This document shows positions 1 through 8,465 of a DNA stretch of 28,275 nucleotides, piece by piece. The stretch comes from Deferrisomatales bacterium. Lineage in GTDB: Bacteria > Desulfobacterota > Deferrisomatia > Deferrisomatales > JACRMM01. The position numbers and the translations under genes are program-made. The notes below the pieces were generated by a model that was given only the letters and a program-made list of their open reading frames with translations, ran no database searches and was not told the origin of the DNA. The stretch spans positions 1 through 28,275 of the forward strand of contig JAWSUI010000048.1 of assembly GCA_033551855.1 (NCBI GenBank), given 5' to 3'. Numbering within the stretch: position 1 is the first letter of the stretch; every line of letters starts with the position of its first letter.

Positions 1-88
1 AAAATAATAGGGCCGTATCCTGGTTACATGCAACTACCTAACCGGACAACACTGATCCAGTATGTGATCTATGTGTCGAGAGGACCGC

Positions 89-313
89 ATGCCGCAGCTC
101 CACCTCTACGTGCCCGACGCCGTCGCCGAAGAGATCCGCCGCAAGGCCGGCGAGAGGGGTCTGAGCGTTTCGCGCTATCTGGCAGAGATCGTCCGGCGCG
201 ACGCCGGAGAGGGCTGGCCGCCGGCGTTCTTTGACGAGGTGGTCGGCGGCTGGAAGGGTGAGCCGCTGGTTCGGCCGCCCCAGGACCCGTTCGAGGTGCG
301 GGCCGCCCTTTGA
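89..313 (+). CDS. VapB-like (CopG/RHH) antitoxin
   Basis: ATG at 89 after GAGAGGA; MPQLHLYVPD...GLSVSRYLAEIV RHH-like pattern; TGATG overlap with the PIN gene. Confidence 0.8.
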   Translation: MPQLHLYVPDAVAEEIRRKAGERGLSVSRYLAEIVRRDAGEGWPPAFFDEVVGGWKGEPLVRPPQDPFEVRAAL

Positions 314-711
314 TGTTCCTCCTCGACACGAACGCGTGCATCCGGCTGCTGAACGGCACGTCTCCGCCCTTGGAGGATCGCCTTCGCCGGGTGGATCCTT
401 CCGAGGTCTGCCTCTGCTCGGTGGTCAAGGCCGAGCTCGTGTACGGCGCCAGGCGCAGCTCCCGCGTCGCGGAGAACCTCGACCTGTTGCGGCGTTTCTT
501 CCTGCCCTTCAAGAGCGTTGCGTTCGATGACCCCTGCGCCGATCACTGCGGCAGGGTCCGCGCGGAGCCGGCTGCTCAGGGGACCCCCATCGGGCCCAAC
601 GATCTCCTCATCGCCGCGACGGCCCTGGCGCACGACCTCACCCTGGTCACTCACAACATCCGAGAGTTTTCCAGGGTGACCGGCCTCCGGATGGAGGACT
701 GGGAAGGCTAG
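313..711 (+). CDS. vapC: VapC PIN-domain ribonuclease toxin
   Basis: FLLDTN, AELVYG, IGPNDLLIAATAL and LVTHNIREF PIN motifs. Confidence 0.92.
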   Translation: MFLLDTNACIRLLNGTSPPLEDRLRRVDPSEVCLCSVVKAELVYGARRSSRVAENLDLLRRFFLPFKSVAFDDPCADHCGRVRAEPAAQGTPIGPNDLLIAATALAHDLTLVTHNIREFSRVTGLRMEDWEG

Positions 712-906
712 GCGGCGTCGACGGCCTCCGCCGTGGACATCCCCGAGACCGCCTTGCCGAGGAGGCCCTTCGCCTGCACACGGGTACCTCCGGAGAGGGG
801 CTTTCGGGGCGGGTTTCGCGGACAGGACGAACGAGAATATACTTCGAGCGACGAAGGCGTCGAGAATCTCTCGTTGCGGCGAGGGCTTCGGCTGCTGCGT
901 TGGCTG

Positions 907-1106
907 CTACCGGCGTGAAGCGTGGAGGGGTAGCGGACGATGACGTCATCATCTGTGAGCTCGCTGTCCGTAGCGTGGCTTGGTTTCTTGAAATTGACGT
1001 ACAGGACGTCGGCTTCGGCGTCGTAGGAAGACCAGAGGTACCTTCCGGGCGCTCCCCGAACGGCCGGGACCAGCTTCAGATACTCGGTGACGGCTACTTC
1101 GGCCAT
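907..1106 (-). pseudogene. DUF2283-family protein with internal deletion and frameshift
   Basis: YDAEADVLYVNF motif. After VIVRY the expected C-terminus LHASRR* (927-907) lies in another frame. Confidence 0.7.
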
Positions 1107-1230
1107 ATGCGCTGCCTCCGGTCCAAGAATCCCGTCCGCGTGGTGAGGAAGGCCGTGATGATGAAGCCATCCTCTTGCAGCTCACGATACACGACGACCA
1201 TGTGTCTTCCAAGGAGGAGCCCGTACCGGC
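1094..1230 (-). pseudogene. C-terminal remnant of the putative toxin partner of DUF2283
   Basis: HMVVVYRELQEDGFIITAFLT...IWPK* overlaps the DUF2283 start; no N-terminal part is recognisable. Upstream boundary approximate. Confidence 0.55.
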
Positions 1231-1288
1231 GGCCAGGCCTGTCGTCACGCGTGGGTGTCGGTGGCCGGCCGCCGCCGGGAGAGGCCGG

Positions 1289-1996
1289 ATGCCGCGGACG
1301 CTGATCATCATCCCCGCCTACAACGAGGGGCCGAACCTGGACCGGGTGCTCGACGACCTGGCCGAGCACGTGCCGGGCGCGGACGTGGTGGTGGTGAACG
1401 ACGGGTCCACGGACGACACGGCCCAGGTGGCCGCGGGGCGTGGCGTGGCCGTTGTGATCCTGCCGTTCAACGTGGGGATCGGGGCGGGGATGCAGGCGGG
1501 GTACCGCTACGCCCACCGGGGGGGGTACGGCGTCGCCGTGCAGTTCGACGGGGACGGCCAGCACCGGGCGGACCAGGTGGCCGCACTCCTCGAGCCGCTC
1601 CAGGCGGCGGCCGCGGACGTGGTGGTGGGGTCGCGCTTCCTCGAGACCCGCACCCACCGGCCGGTGTGGTCGCGGCTCCTGGGTATCCGGATCCTCTCGG
1701 CGGTCATCTCGTTCCTCGTGGGCCGGCGGGTGACCGACCCCACGTCGGGCTTCCGGGCGGCGAACGCCCCCGCCATCGCCTATTTCGCCGAGTCCTACCC
1801 GGACGACTACCCCGAGCCCGAGTCCCTGGTGCTGCTCCACCGCTTGGGCTTCCGCGTGACCGAGGTGCCGGTGGCGATGCGCGAACGGCAAGGGGGCGCC
1901 TCGACCATCACGACCCTGCGGGGCGTCTACTACATGGTCAAGGTGGTGCTGGCGATCTGCGTGGACATGATGAAGCCGGCTAGGGGAGGGAAATGA
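1289..1996 (+). CDS. Glycosyltransferase family 2 (DPM1-like)
   Basis: IIIPAYNE, VVNDGSTD, QFDGDGQH, DVVVGSRF and DPTSGFRA motifs. Confidence 0.92.
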   Translation: MPRTLIIIPAYNEGPNLDRVLDDLAEHVPGADVVVVNDGSTDDTAQVAAGRGVAVVILPFNVGIGAGMQAGYRYAHRGGYGVAVQFDGDGQHRADQVAALLEPLQAAAADVVVGSRFLETRTHRPVWSRLLGIRILSAVISFLVGRRVTDPTSGFRAANAPAIAYFAESYPDDYPEPESLVLLHRLGFRVTEVPVAMRERQGGASTITTLRGVYYMVKVVLAICVDMMKPARGGK

Positions 1997-2252
1997 GCCT
2001 CACGCAACGATGCAGCGCGGGAAAGGCAAGGGCGGCCTCACGCAACGACGCAACGACGCAACGAAAGGCCTGTTTTTGATTGGGAAGAAACTTGGTTTTG
2101 GAGTTCTAACGTGGCGAGCGTTGCGTTCGTTGCGCGATACATGTTTTTGAATTTGTTTTTACCGTAGCGTCGTTGCGTCGTTGCGTGAGACAGATTTTAG
2201 TAGGTCTTGATTTGCTCTTGAACCGTTGGAATCTTTGCGTTCGTTGCATGAG
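1997..2252. repeat. Palindromic repeat cluster with 8-bp period (CGCAACGA)n, left copy
   Basis: Forward arms at 1997 and 2035 (GCCTCACGCAACGACGCAACG...); reverse arms at about 2110, 2163 and 2224 (...CGTTGCGTCGTTGCGTGAGA). Confidence 0.9.
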
Positions 2253-2303
2253 ACAGGCTTCTTGAAAGCCAGCCTTGCGCGAAGAGGAGCTTTGGGGGCG
2301 GCG

Positions 2304-2510
2304 TCAGGGGTTCTCCTCGGCAAGGCCGGCCAGCTTGAGGAGATGTTTGAGGAGCCCCGCTTTCAGTGGGCGAGTCGCGTGTATGGGTACCGAGAGGCGC
2401 ACGATGCTGCCGGCCCTGCCGTAGATGTGATGGCTGCCCTGGACTCTGAGCAGGCGCCAGCCGTGCCCCTCGAGGAGCCGTGCGAGGTCCTTGCCGGACA
2501 TCGCCTTCAC
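2304..2510 (-). CDS. hicA: HicA mRNA interferase toxin
   Basis: GWRLLRVQGSHHIY...SVPIH...LKAGLLKHLLK; GTG start overlaps the hicB TGA. Confidence 0.88.
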   Translation of the reverse strand: MKAMSGKDLARLLEGHGWRLLRVQGSHHIYGRAGSIVRLSVPIHATRPLKAGLLKHLLKLAGLAEENP

Positions 2511-2710
2511 ACGGCGATCTCCAGGACGCGTCCGCGATTCTTCCCCTGCGAGGGGGAGATGTCGACGGAGAGGCAGCCCTCGACGGCCTCGTAGAGGTTC
2601 TCGAGGAGCTCCTCGAACGTCTCGCCTTGGGTGGCGCAGCCGGGAATGGCGGGCACTTCGGCCCAGTAGCCCCCCTCCTCGGCGTCGTGGACGATGACCT
2701 TCAGCTTCAT
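2507..2710 (-). CDS. hicB: HicB antitoxin (short form)
   Basis: EEGGYWAEVPAIPGCATQGETFEELLEN motif; AGGAG RBS upstream. Confidence 0.9.
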   Translation of the reverse strand: MKLKVIVHDAEEGGYWAEVPAIPGCATQGETFEELLENLYEAVEGCLSVDISPSQGKNRGRVLEIAV

Positions 2711-2791
2711 GGAGTCTCCTGTCCGCTGCGGGGTGGGAGAAGATGATACCATCCTTAGCACGTCTTGCCGAACGCAGATAGGCGGGGACGG

Positions 2792-2983
2792 GCCTCACGC
2801 AACGGCGCAACGTGGGAAAGGCAAGGTCAAGGGCGGTTCGCGCTAAGCTCGCAAAGGACGCAAAGAAGAGCAAGGGCGGCCTCACGCAACGACGCAACGG
2901 CGCAACGAAAGGCCTAATTGGAGTGGAAAGGGGCTGGGTTTCAAGGTTCTAACGTTGCGATCGTTGCGTCGTTGCGTGAGGCC
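2792..2983. repeat. Palindromic repeat cluster with 8-bp period, right copy
   Basis: Forward arms at 2792, 2838 (variant) and 2879; reverse arm 2953-2983. 2870-2915 matches 2026-2071 at 45/46. Confidence 0.9.
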
Positions 2984-3006
2984 GGTTTTCCGAAGGGAGA
3001 TGGACG

Positions 3007-3369
3007 ATGACGTTTCTCACCGTGTTGATGATCGTGGCGAGCGGGTGCGTGGTGGTTGGCGTGATCGAGCTGATCCGGCGGGGGCGCCTTAAGGAGAAGT
3101 ACGCGATCCTGTGGCTGTTCTCGGGGGCGGCGCTGCTCACGCTCTCGCTCTCCCGGGAGCTCCTGCACACGCTGTCCTCCGCGGTGGGGATCCACTACCC
3201 GCCCTCCTTCCTCTTCCTGGCGGCCTTCGGGTTCCTGACGCTGATCAACCTCCACTACTCGACGGTCATCTCGAAGCTCACCGAGCGGAGCAACCGCCTC
3301 GCCCAGGAAGTGGCGCTGCTCCGGGAGGAGGTGGGGCGCGGCGCGGGAAGGCCGCGGCAGACAGGGTAG
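3007..3369 (+). CDS. DUF2304-family membrane protein
   Basis: LIRRGRLKEKYAILW, GIHYPPSFLF and LAQEVALL; hydrophobic helices; common neighbour of GT2 genes. Confidence 0.85.
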   Translation: MTFLTVLMIVASGCVVVGVIELIRRGRLKEKYAILWLFSGAALLTLSLSRELLHTLSSAVGIHYPPSFLFLAAFGFLTLINLHYSTVISKLTERSNRLAQEVALLREEVGRGAGRPRQTG

Positions 3370-3436
3370 GGGGCGGACCCGGCGTGGGGTCGGGACAAGC
3401 CTCGGCTTCTGTGGACCCGCGTTCGACCGGAGAGGT

Positions 3437-3817
3437 GTGAGGGTGCTGACGCGAAGCCAGATCGAGAGACTTCGGGTATTCTTCGAGGGCCGGCAGGAGG
3501 TCACCGCTGCGTATCTGTTCGGGTCTGAGGCAACCGGGCGGCAGCGGCGAGGAAGCGACGTGGATCTCGCGCTCATGGCTCGGAGAGAAATCCGTGGGTT
3601 TGAGCGGGTAAATCTGGAAACCGAGTTGTCCAGCCTTCTGGGTAGGGACGTGGACGTGGTGATCTTCGGGCAGGCGTCTCCACTCTTGAAACACCAGATT
3701 CTGCGTTATGGCGTGCGGGTTTACGAATCCGACGCACGAGAGCGGGTGCGGCAGGAGGTCGCCGGCCGCTACGAGTACCTGGATACGAGGTTCCTTCACC
3801 GCGAGCTGCGAGGCTGA
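3437..3817 (+). CDS. mntA: Minimal nucleotidyltransferase antitoxin (type VII TA)
   Basis: AYLFGS-X10-DVD motif; GAGG RBS and GTG start. Confidence 0.88.
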   Translation: MRVLTRSQIERLRVFFEGRQEVTAAYLFGSEATGRQRRGSDVDLALMARREIRGFERVNLETELSSLLGRDVDVVIFGQASPLLKHQILRYGVRVYESDARERVRQEVAGRYEYLDTRFLHRELRG

Positions 3818-3820
3818 GCC

Positions 3821-4249
3821 ATGGTCGATCAAGATCTGGTCTCCAGAAAAGTCTCGTTCCTTCGTGGCTATGTGGACGAGCTGAGACAGGCGAGCGACGT
3901 TACGTGGGAGAAATACCAAGCTGACCCGAGGTCGAAGGCTTTTGTGGAGAGGTATGTGCACCTCGCCATTGAGACCGTGATCGATATCGCCAATCATCTC
4001 GTGGCATTTCACTCTTGGAGAGAGCCAACGGGATACCGGGACCTCTTCTCTGTGCTCGCTGAGAACGGGGTCATCCCCTCCACGGATTTGAGGACGTTCC
4101 AGGACATGGCGTCCTTCCGGAACGTCCTCGTTCATCGTTACGACCGCGTCGACGACGAGGTCGTCTTCGGCGTGTTTCGGGGTCGGCTGGGCGACTTCGA
4201 TCGTTTCGGCGAGCTCGTGCGGCAGTGGGTGAAAGGGCAGACGGGGTAG
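3821..4249 (+). CDS. hepT: HEPN (DUF86) ribonuclease toxin
   Basis: RNVLVHRY fits R-X4-H-X-Y; directly follows the MNT gene. Confidence 0.9.
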   Translation: MVDQDLVSRKVSFLRGYVDELRQASDVTWEKYQADPRSKAFVERYVHLAIETVIDIANHLVAFHSWREPTGYRDLFSVLAENGVIPSTDLRTFQDMASFRNVLVHRYDRVDDEVVFGVFRGRLGDFDRFGELVRQWVKGQTG

Positions 4250-4313
4250 GCGTGTTCCTGCTCCTCCGGCACGTGCCGCCGCGCATTCCAGGGGCTTTGG
4301 TGAGGCCATCTCC

Positions 4314-4697
4314 ATGAGCTCGCTTCCGGAAAAGTCCCAAGGCTCCTTCGAGGTATGGCGCCGGAGGCAGAGTCGGCGGCGGGCCCGCGACGAGGCGCTT
4401 CGCCACAGCGTGCTGGAGGCCGTTTGTGCGGCCCTGGATCGGCTAGCGCTCGAGTACCCCTTCGAGGAGGCGTATCTGTTCGGCTCGGTGGTGAACCCGG
4501 GGCGGTTCCGCGCTCGCTCCGATGTCGATATGGGAGTCGAAGGCCTGGACGGCAGCGCCCTGTACCGGTTCGTGGCAGACCTGTCCGGAGCAATCGGCCG
4601 CGACGTGGACGTGGTGCTGCTGGAGGAGTCGGGGCTGGCCCCCTTCATCCGAGCGAAAGGGATCTCGTGGAAGAAGATCAGATCCGGACGTTCCTAG
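4314..4697 (+). CDS. Second minimal nucleotidyltransferase antitoxin
   Basis: AYLFGSVVNPGRFRARSDVD and RDVDVVLLE motifs. Confidence 0.85.
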   Translation: MSSLPEKSQGSFEVWRRRQSRRRARDEALRHSVLEAVCAALDRLALEYPFEEAYLFGSVVNPGRFRARSDVDMGVEGLDGSALYRFVADLSGAIGRDVDVVLLEESGLAPFIRAKGISWKKIRSGRS

Positions 4698-5324
4698 TGT
4701 CCTGCGTCATTGATTCCACTGATATTCATCCGCCGCTGCATCCCGCTGCGCTGCGTTGCTCGTCGGTTAAATATGCCCAATATTCGCCCTCCTCGCGCCT
4801 TGCGCAGCGGGCGCATCGGCGGCTTCGGTATGGCAGCGAATCAATGACCCAGGACACTAGCCGAGCTCGACTATCAAGTCGGGGAGATCGGCCGAATGTA
4901 TGAGGTCTTGGCCCGGAAACAAGTCTTGCTGCGCCGAGGCGAGCCTTCGCCGGAGGTGGTGGAGAGCACCGGGTACCGGCTGCACAACCTGTATTCGGCC
5001 TACGAAGACCTGTTCAAGTCTGTCGCCGGGTTCTGGGAGAACCACGTGGTAGCGAACGGCGGCTATCACGTTTCGCTCCTCAGGCGGATGTGCATCGCCA
5101 TCCCGGGCGTGCGGCCGGCCGTCCTCTCGGAAGGGAGCTTTCGGCACCTGGACGAGCTGCGGGCGTTCCGGCACGTCTTTCGCCACGCCTACTCCTACGG
5201 GCTCAAGGGGTCTCGGGTTTCCATGCTGCTTGAGGGGTGCCTGGGAATGAGGGAAGCGATCTTCAAGGACTTGGCGCGCTTCCGGGAGGCGATTGCGCGA
5301 GGGCTTTGCTCCGAGGCGGAGTAA
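4667..5324 (+). pseudogene. HEPN-like toxin interrupted by a MITE
   Basis: Removing 4698-4860 joins VEEDQIRTFL to AELDYQVGEIGRMYEVL in frame; RHVFRHAY motif present downstream. Confidence 0.85.
4698..4856. mobile_element. 159-bp MITE with 19-bp TIRs, flanked by CTAG
   Basis: TGTCCTGCGTCATTGATTC (4698-4716) pairs with GAATCAATGACCCAGGACA (4838-4856) at 18/19; CTAG at 4694-4697 and 4857-4860. Confidence 0.92.
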
Positions 5325-5429
5325 CGGGGAGTATCCCTGGACGGTCCCCTTCGGAGCTGCAGCTCGTGAGGGCGGCCCGATGGGGCGGAAGGATTCCGGG
5401 GACCGATCAGGCGGGCAGGGAGCCCTCGG

Positions 5430-5861
5430 TCAGTCGGCAAACGGATTGACGACCGTTGTCGCCCCGTAGGTCTGGCCGTGGTTGAGGTCTTCGGAGTAGA
5501 GGATCCGGGCCCCGCTCCGGTTGGCGGCGTCGAGGATCAGGGCGTCCCAAAAGGATATGCCGTGGTCCTGCTCCAGCTGGAGGGCGCCGAGGATGGAGTT
5601 GCCGTCGTTGACGACCAGGGGCCAGCACAGATAGTCCTCGACGAGCCTGCGCGCTTCGTCGGCGGGTACGGGCCTAGCCGCCTTCCGGCGCAGGTTGACG
5701 TAGAGCTCCTGGATCACCTGGGTGCTCAGGACGCCCGACCGATCCTCCCACAGCCGTTCCACGAGCGCCCTGGCCGGTTGGTGCCGAACGCCCTGCCCCG
5801 TGTCGTGGGCGTAGACGAGCACGTTCGTATCGACGAAGAAGCGGTCTGCCACGGCCGTCAC
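5430..5861 (-). CDS. PIN-domain toxin
   Basis: FFVDTNVLVYA, STQVIQE, SFWDALI and LYSEDL; start at 5861 or 5852. Confidence 0.9.
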   Translation of the reverse strand: MTAVADRFFVDTNVLVYAHDTGQGVRHQPARALVERLWEDRSGVLSTQVIQELYVNLRRKAARPVPADEARRLVEDYLCWPLVVNDGNSILGALQLEQDHGISFWDALILDAANRSGARILYSEDLNHGQTYGATTVVNPFAD

Positions 5862-6091
5862 CGCTCGTGGAGCTCGTCTCGGGAGCGGGGCCGCACCCAC
5901 CCAAGGTCCAGCCCTCTCTCCAGCCTGCCCAGCGCTCTCCGTCTGGCCTGTTCGTAGGAGGTTTCGTTCCGGACGAGCTGCTCGAGCTCATCGGCCAGGA
6001 GCGCGCTGACCGAGGTGCCACGACGGGCGGCCAGCACTTTGGCCTCGCGCAGGAGCTCGGCATCCACGCTGACGGTGACGTTCGTTCGCAC
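5858..6091 (-). CDS. RHH/CopG-like antitoxin
   Basis: NVTVSVDAELLREAKVLAARRGTSVSALL; GAGAGG RBS; GTGA overlap with the toxin. Confidence 0.85.
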   Translation of the reverse strand: MRTNVTVSVDAELLREAKVLAARRGTSVSALLADELEQLVRNETSYEQARRRALGRLERGLDLGWVRPRSRDELHER

Positions 6092-6106
6092 GGGGCAGCC
6101 TCTCTT

Positions 6107-6156
6107 CACGGTATATCGTGTAGCACGAGTCTACGTGCCAAATAGGGGCTCGTCAA
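6107..6156 (-). promoter_or_regulatory. Sigma70-type promoter with tandem operators for the TA operon
   Basis: TTGACG-17-TAGACT; CACG-N6-CGTG at 6107-6120 and 6124-6137. Confidence 0.65.
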
Positions 6157-6200
6157 CCGTCGGGCGTCGGACCGTCGGGCGGCGGACTGTCGGGCGGCGG
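6156..6200. repeat. Tandem repeat, 3 x 15 bp
   Basis: ACCGTCGGGCGTCGG / ACCGTCGGGCGGCGG / ACTGTCGGGCGGCGG. Confidence 0.8.
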
Positions 6201-6223
6201 GCCTCGCCGGGGCGGAGGCGTGC

Positions 6224-7633
6224 CTACAGGACTTTGCCGGGGTTCAGGATGCCGAGGGGGTCGAAGGCGGCCTTGATGCCGCGCATGAGCTCCAGGGCCC
6301 GGGGGGCGAGGAAGCGGTGGAGGTATGGTTTTTTCAGGACGCCGATGCCGTGTTCCCCGGAGGGGAGGCCCCCGAGGGCCAGGGTGGCCTCCATGACGCG
6401 CCCCATGGCGGGGGGCAGGCGTTCGGCCCAGGCGTCCGGGGCCAGGGTTCCGCGGAGCAGGTTCACGTGGACGTTGCCGTCGCCGGCGTGGCCGAAGCAC
6501 GCGGCGGCGAGGCCGTGCTCCGCGCCGGCCGCCTTGACGGCCTCCACCAGGTCGGGCACCCGGGCCCGGGGCACGACCACGTCGGCCTTGCCGATCTCGG
6601 GGCTCAGGGCGCGGAGCGCCTCGCCCAGGCAGCGGCGGCTCTCCCAGAGGCGGGCCTGCTGGCCTGCGTCCTGGGCGGCGAGGACCTCGAGGGCGCCCTC
6701 GGCGTCGGCAATCTCTCCCACCCGGACCATCTCGGCCTCCAGGGTCTCCGCCGCCTCGCCGTCGAGCTCCAGGAGCGCATAGGCCCCGGCAGCCGCCCCG
6801 CCCGGGAGGTCCCTGCCGAGGTGGCGGCGCGCGGCTTCGATGGCCACGTCGTCCATGAACTCGGCGACCGCGGGGACGATGCGGTCCCGGATGACCCGGG
6901 CCACGGTTCGGGCGGCGCACCGGAGATCGGGGAACGGCAGGAGCAGGCACACCCGCCGGGAGGGCAGGGGCACGAGCCGGAGCACGATGCGGGTGACGAC
7001 GCCCAGGGTGCCCTCGCTCCCCACCAGGAGCTCCACCAGGTGGTACCCGGTGGCGTTCTTGACGGTCTTGCCCCCCAACTCGAGCAGGGTGCCGTCGGCC
7101 AGGGCCACCTGGAGCCCCAGGACGTAGTCGCGGGTGGTGCCGTACTTCACCGCACGGGCCCCGCCGGCCCCCACCGCCACGTTCCCCCCGATGGAGCAGG
7201 ACTCGAGGCTCGCCGGGTCGGGGGGGTAGAAGAGGCCGTGCCCCTCGGCCTCCTCCTGGATCCGGCCGGTGACGGCCCCGGGCTCGCAGGTGAGTGTGAG
7301 GTTGTCCGGATCGATCTCCAGCACCCGGTCCATGTGCTCGAGGGAGAGGACGACCCCGCCGCCCAGCGCCACGCACCCCCCGGCCACGCCGGTGCCCGCG
7401 CCCCGGGGGATCACGGGGAAGGGGCCCGCCGAGGCCCAGCGGAGGGTCTCGCAGACCTCCTCGGCGCTCCGGGGCCGGACCACGGCGGTGGGCGCCGCCT
7501 CGAGCATCGTTGACTCGTCGCGGGCGTAGCGGTCGAGGGTCTCGGGGCGGGTGGTGACGCACCCCTCCCCCAGGAGGCGAGAGAGGGCGTCCAGGTCGGC
7601 CGGCGCGGGCAGCCGCAGGGGGGCGGGGCTCAC
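6224..7633 (-). CDS. FAD-binding oxidoreductase (GlcD / D-lactate dehydrogenase-like)
   Basis: PRGAGTG, YPPDPAS, IGGNVA, GSEGTLG, GHAGDGNVH, SGEHGIG and LNPGK motifs; GTG start inferred. Confidence 0.9.
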   Translation of the reverse strand: MSPAPLRLPAPADLDALSRLLGEGCVTTRPETLDRYARDESTMLEAAPTAVVRPRSAEEVCETLRWASAGPFPVIPRGAGTGVAGGCVALGGGVVLSLEHMDRVLEIDPDNLTLTCEPGAVTGRIQEEAEGHGLFYPPDPASLESCSIGGNVAVGAGGARAVKYGTTRDYVLGLQVALADGTLLELGGKTVKNATGYHLVELLVGSEGTLGVVTRIVLRLVPLPSRRVCLLLPFPDLRCAARTVARVIRDRIVPAVAEFMDDVAIEAARRHLGRDLPGGAAAGAYALLELDGEAAETLEAEMVRVGEIADAEGALEVLAAQDAGQQARLWESRRCLGEALRALSPEIGKADVVVPRARVPDLVEAVKAAGAEHGLAAACFGHAGDGNVHVNLLRGTLAPDAWAERLPPAMGRVMEATLALGGLPSGEHGIGVLKKPYLHRFLAPRALELMRGIKAAFDPLGILNPGKVL

Positions 7634-7647
7634 GGCCGGCCGGCCGC

Positions 7648-8394
7648 TCAGAAGGTCATCTGCAGGGTCGTCACCTCGCCGGTGGCGGCGTTGCGGAGCT
7701 GCAGCCGGAGCTGCTTCGCCTCCAGGGCCTCGGCCGGGAAGTAGAGGATGCCGTGGCTGATGGCCTGGGGCGGGATCGGCCGGTTCTCGAGGGAGCGGTT
7801 GCGCAGGTCCTCCCGGATGGTCCGACGGACGTCCTCGTGGTCCTGCATGCCCCTGGCCCCGCCCAGCACGGCGCCGCCGGCGCCACCGACCGCTGCCCCC
7901 TTGCCGGTGGTCTCCAGCACCCGGCCGCCGGTGACGATGCCGATGGCCGCCCCGACGATCGCGCCCGCAGCGGCCCCCAGGAAGGCGCCCTTCGCGCCCT
8001 CCGGCGCGATCTGGCCCCACTCGCTGCTCTTCTCCAGGCGGTTGTAGGCCATGCCTTGGTCGAGGATGTTCCAGAGCTGCCCCTGGGGGTCCAGGAGGAA
8101 GGTCTGGGAGGGCACCACCTCGATGGGGTCCGGCCCCAGGTGGTCGAAGGCCACCTGGACCGGGAGCACGCCGGCCCCGATGATGTCGAAGCCGAAGGCC
8201 TCCCGCGCGGTGGTGCGGTCGGCGTAGGGCCGGGACCCCACCGTCACCCCGAAGGCCTGGACGGCGTTGGGGTAGGCAGACGGGTGGAGGATCGGCACGG
8301 CCCTCTGCTCGTAGCGGCTGCACGCCCCGAGCCAGAGGGGCATGAGGGCGAGGAGGACGGCGGCGGTGGCGATGCGGCGAGATCTGGTTACCAT
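7648..8394 (-). CDS. Predicted lipoprotein with glycine zipper
   Basis: Signal peptide with lipobox LGAC; GAAAGAIVGAAIG...GAAVGGAGGAVLG. Confidence 0.8.
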   Translation of the reverse strand: MVTRSRRIATAAVLLALMPLWLGACSRYEQRAVPILHPSAYPNAVQAFGVTVGSRPYADRTTAREAFGFDIIGAGVLPVQVAFDHLGPDPIEVVPSQTFLLDPQGQLWNILDQGMAYNRLEKSSEWGQIAPEGAKGAFLGAAAGAIVGAAIGIVTGGRVLETTGKGAAVGGAGGAVLGGARGMQDHEDVRRTIREDLRNRSLENRPIPPQAISHGILYFPAEALEAKQLRLQLRNAATGEVTTLQMTF

Positions 8395-8465
8395 GGGATT
8401 CCCTCGGCGGCGCGAGCTCGGCAGGGTGTGCCGGCGCGCTCGTGACCCCTCGGGGAGGGGCGTGG

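Noticed and set aside
1997..2983. CRISPR array or integron attC sites
   Set aside because: Arms occur in both orientations with irregular spacing, there are no paired RYYYAAC/GTTRRRY boxes, and no cas or integrase gene is present.
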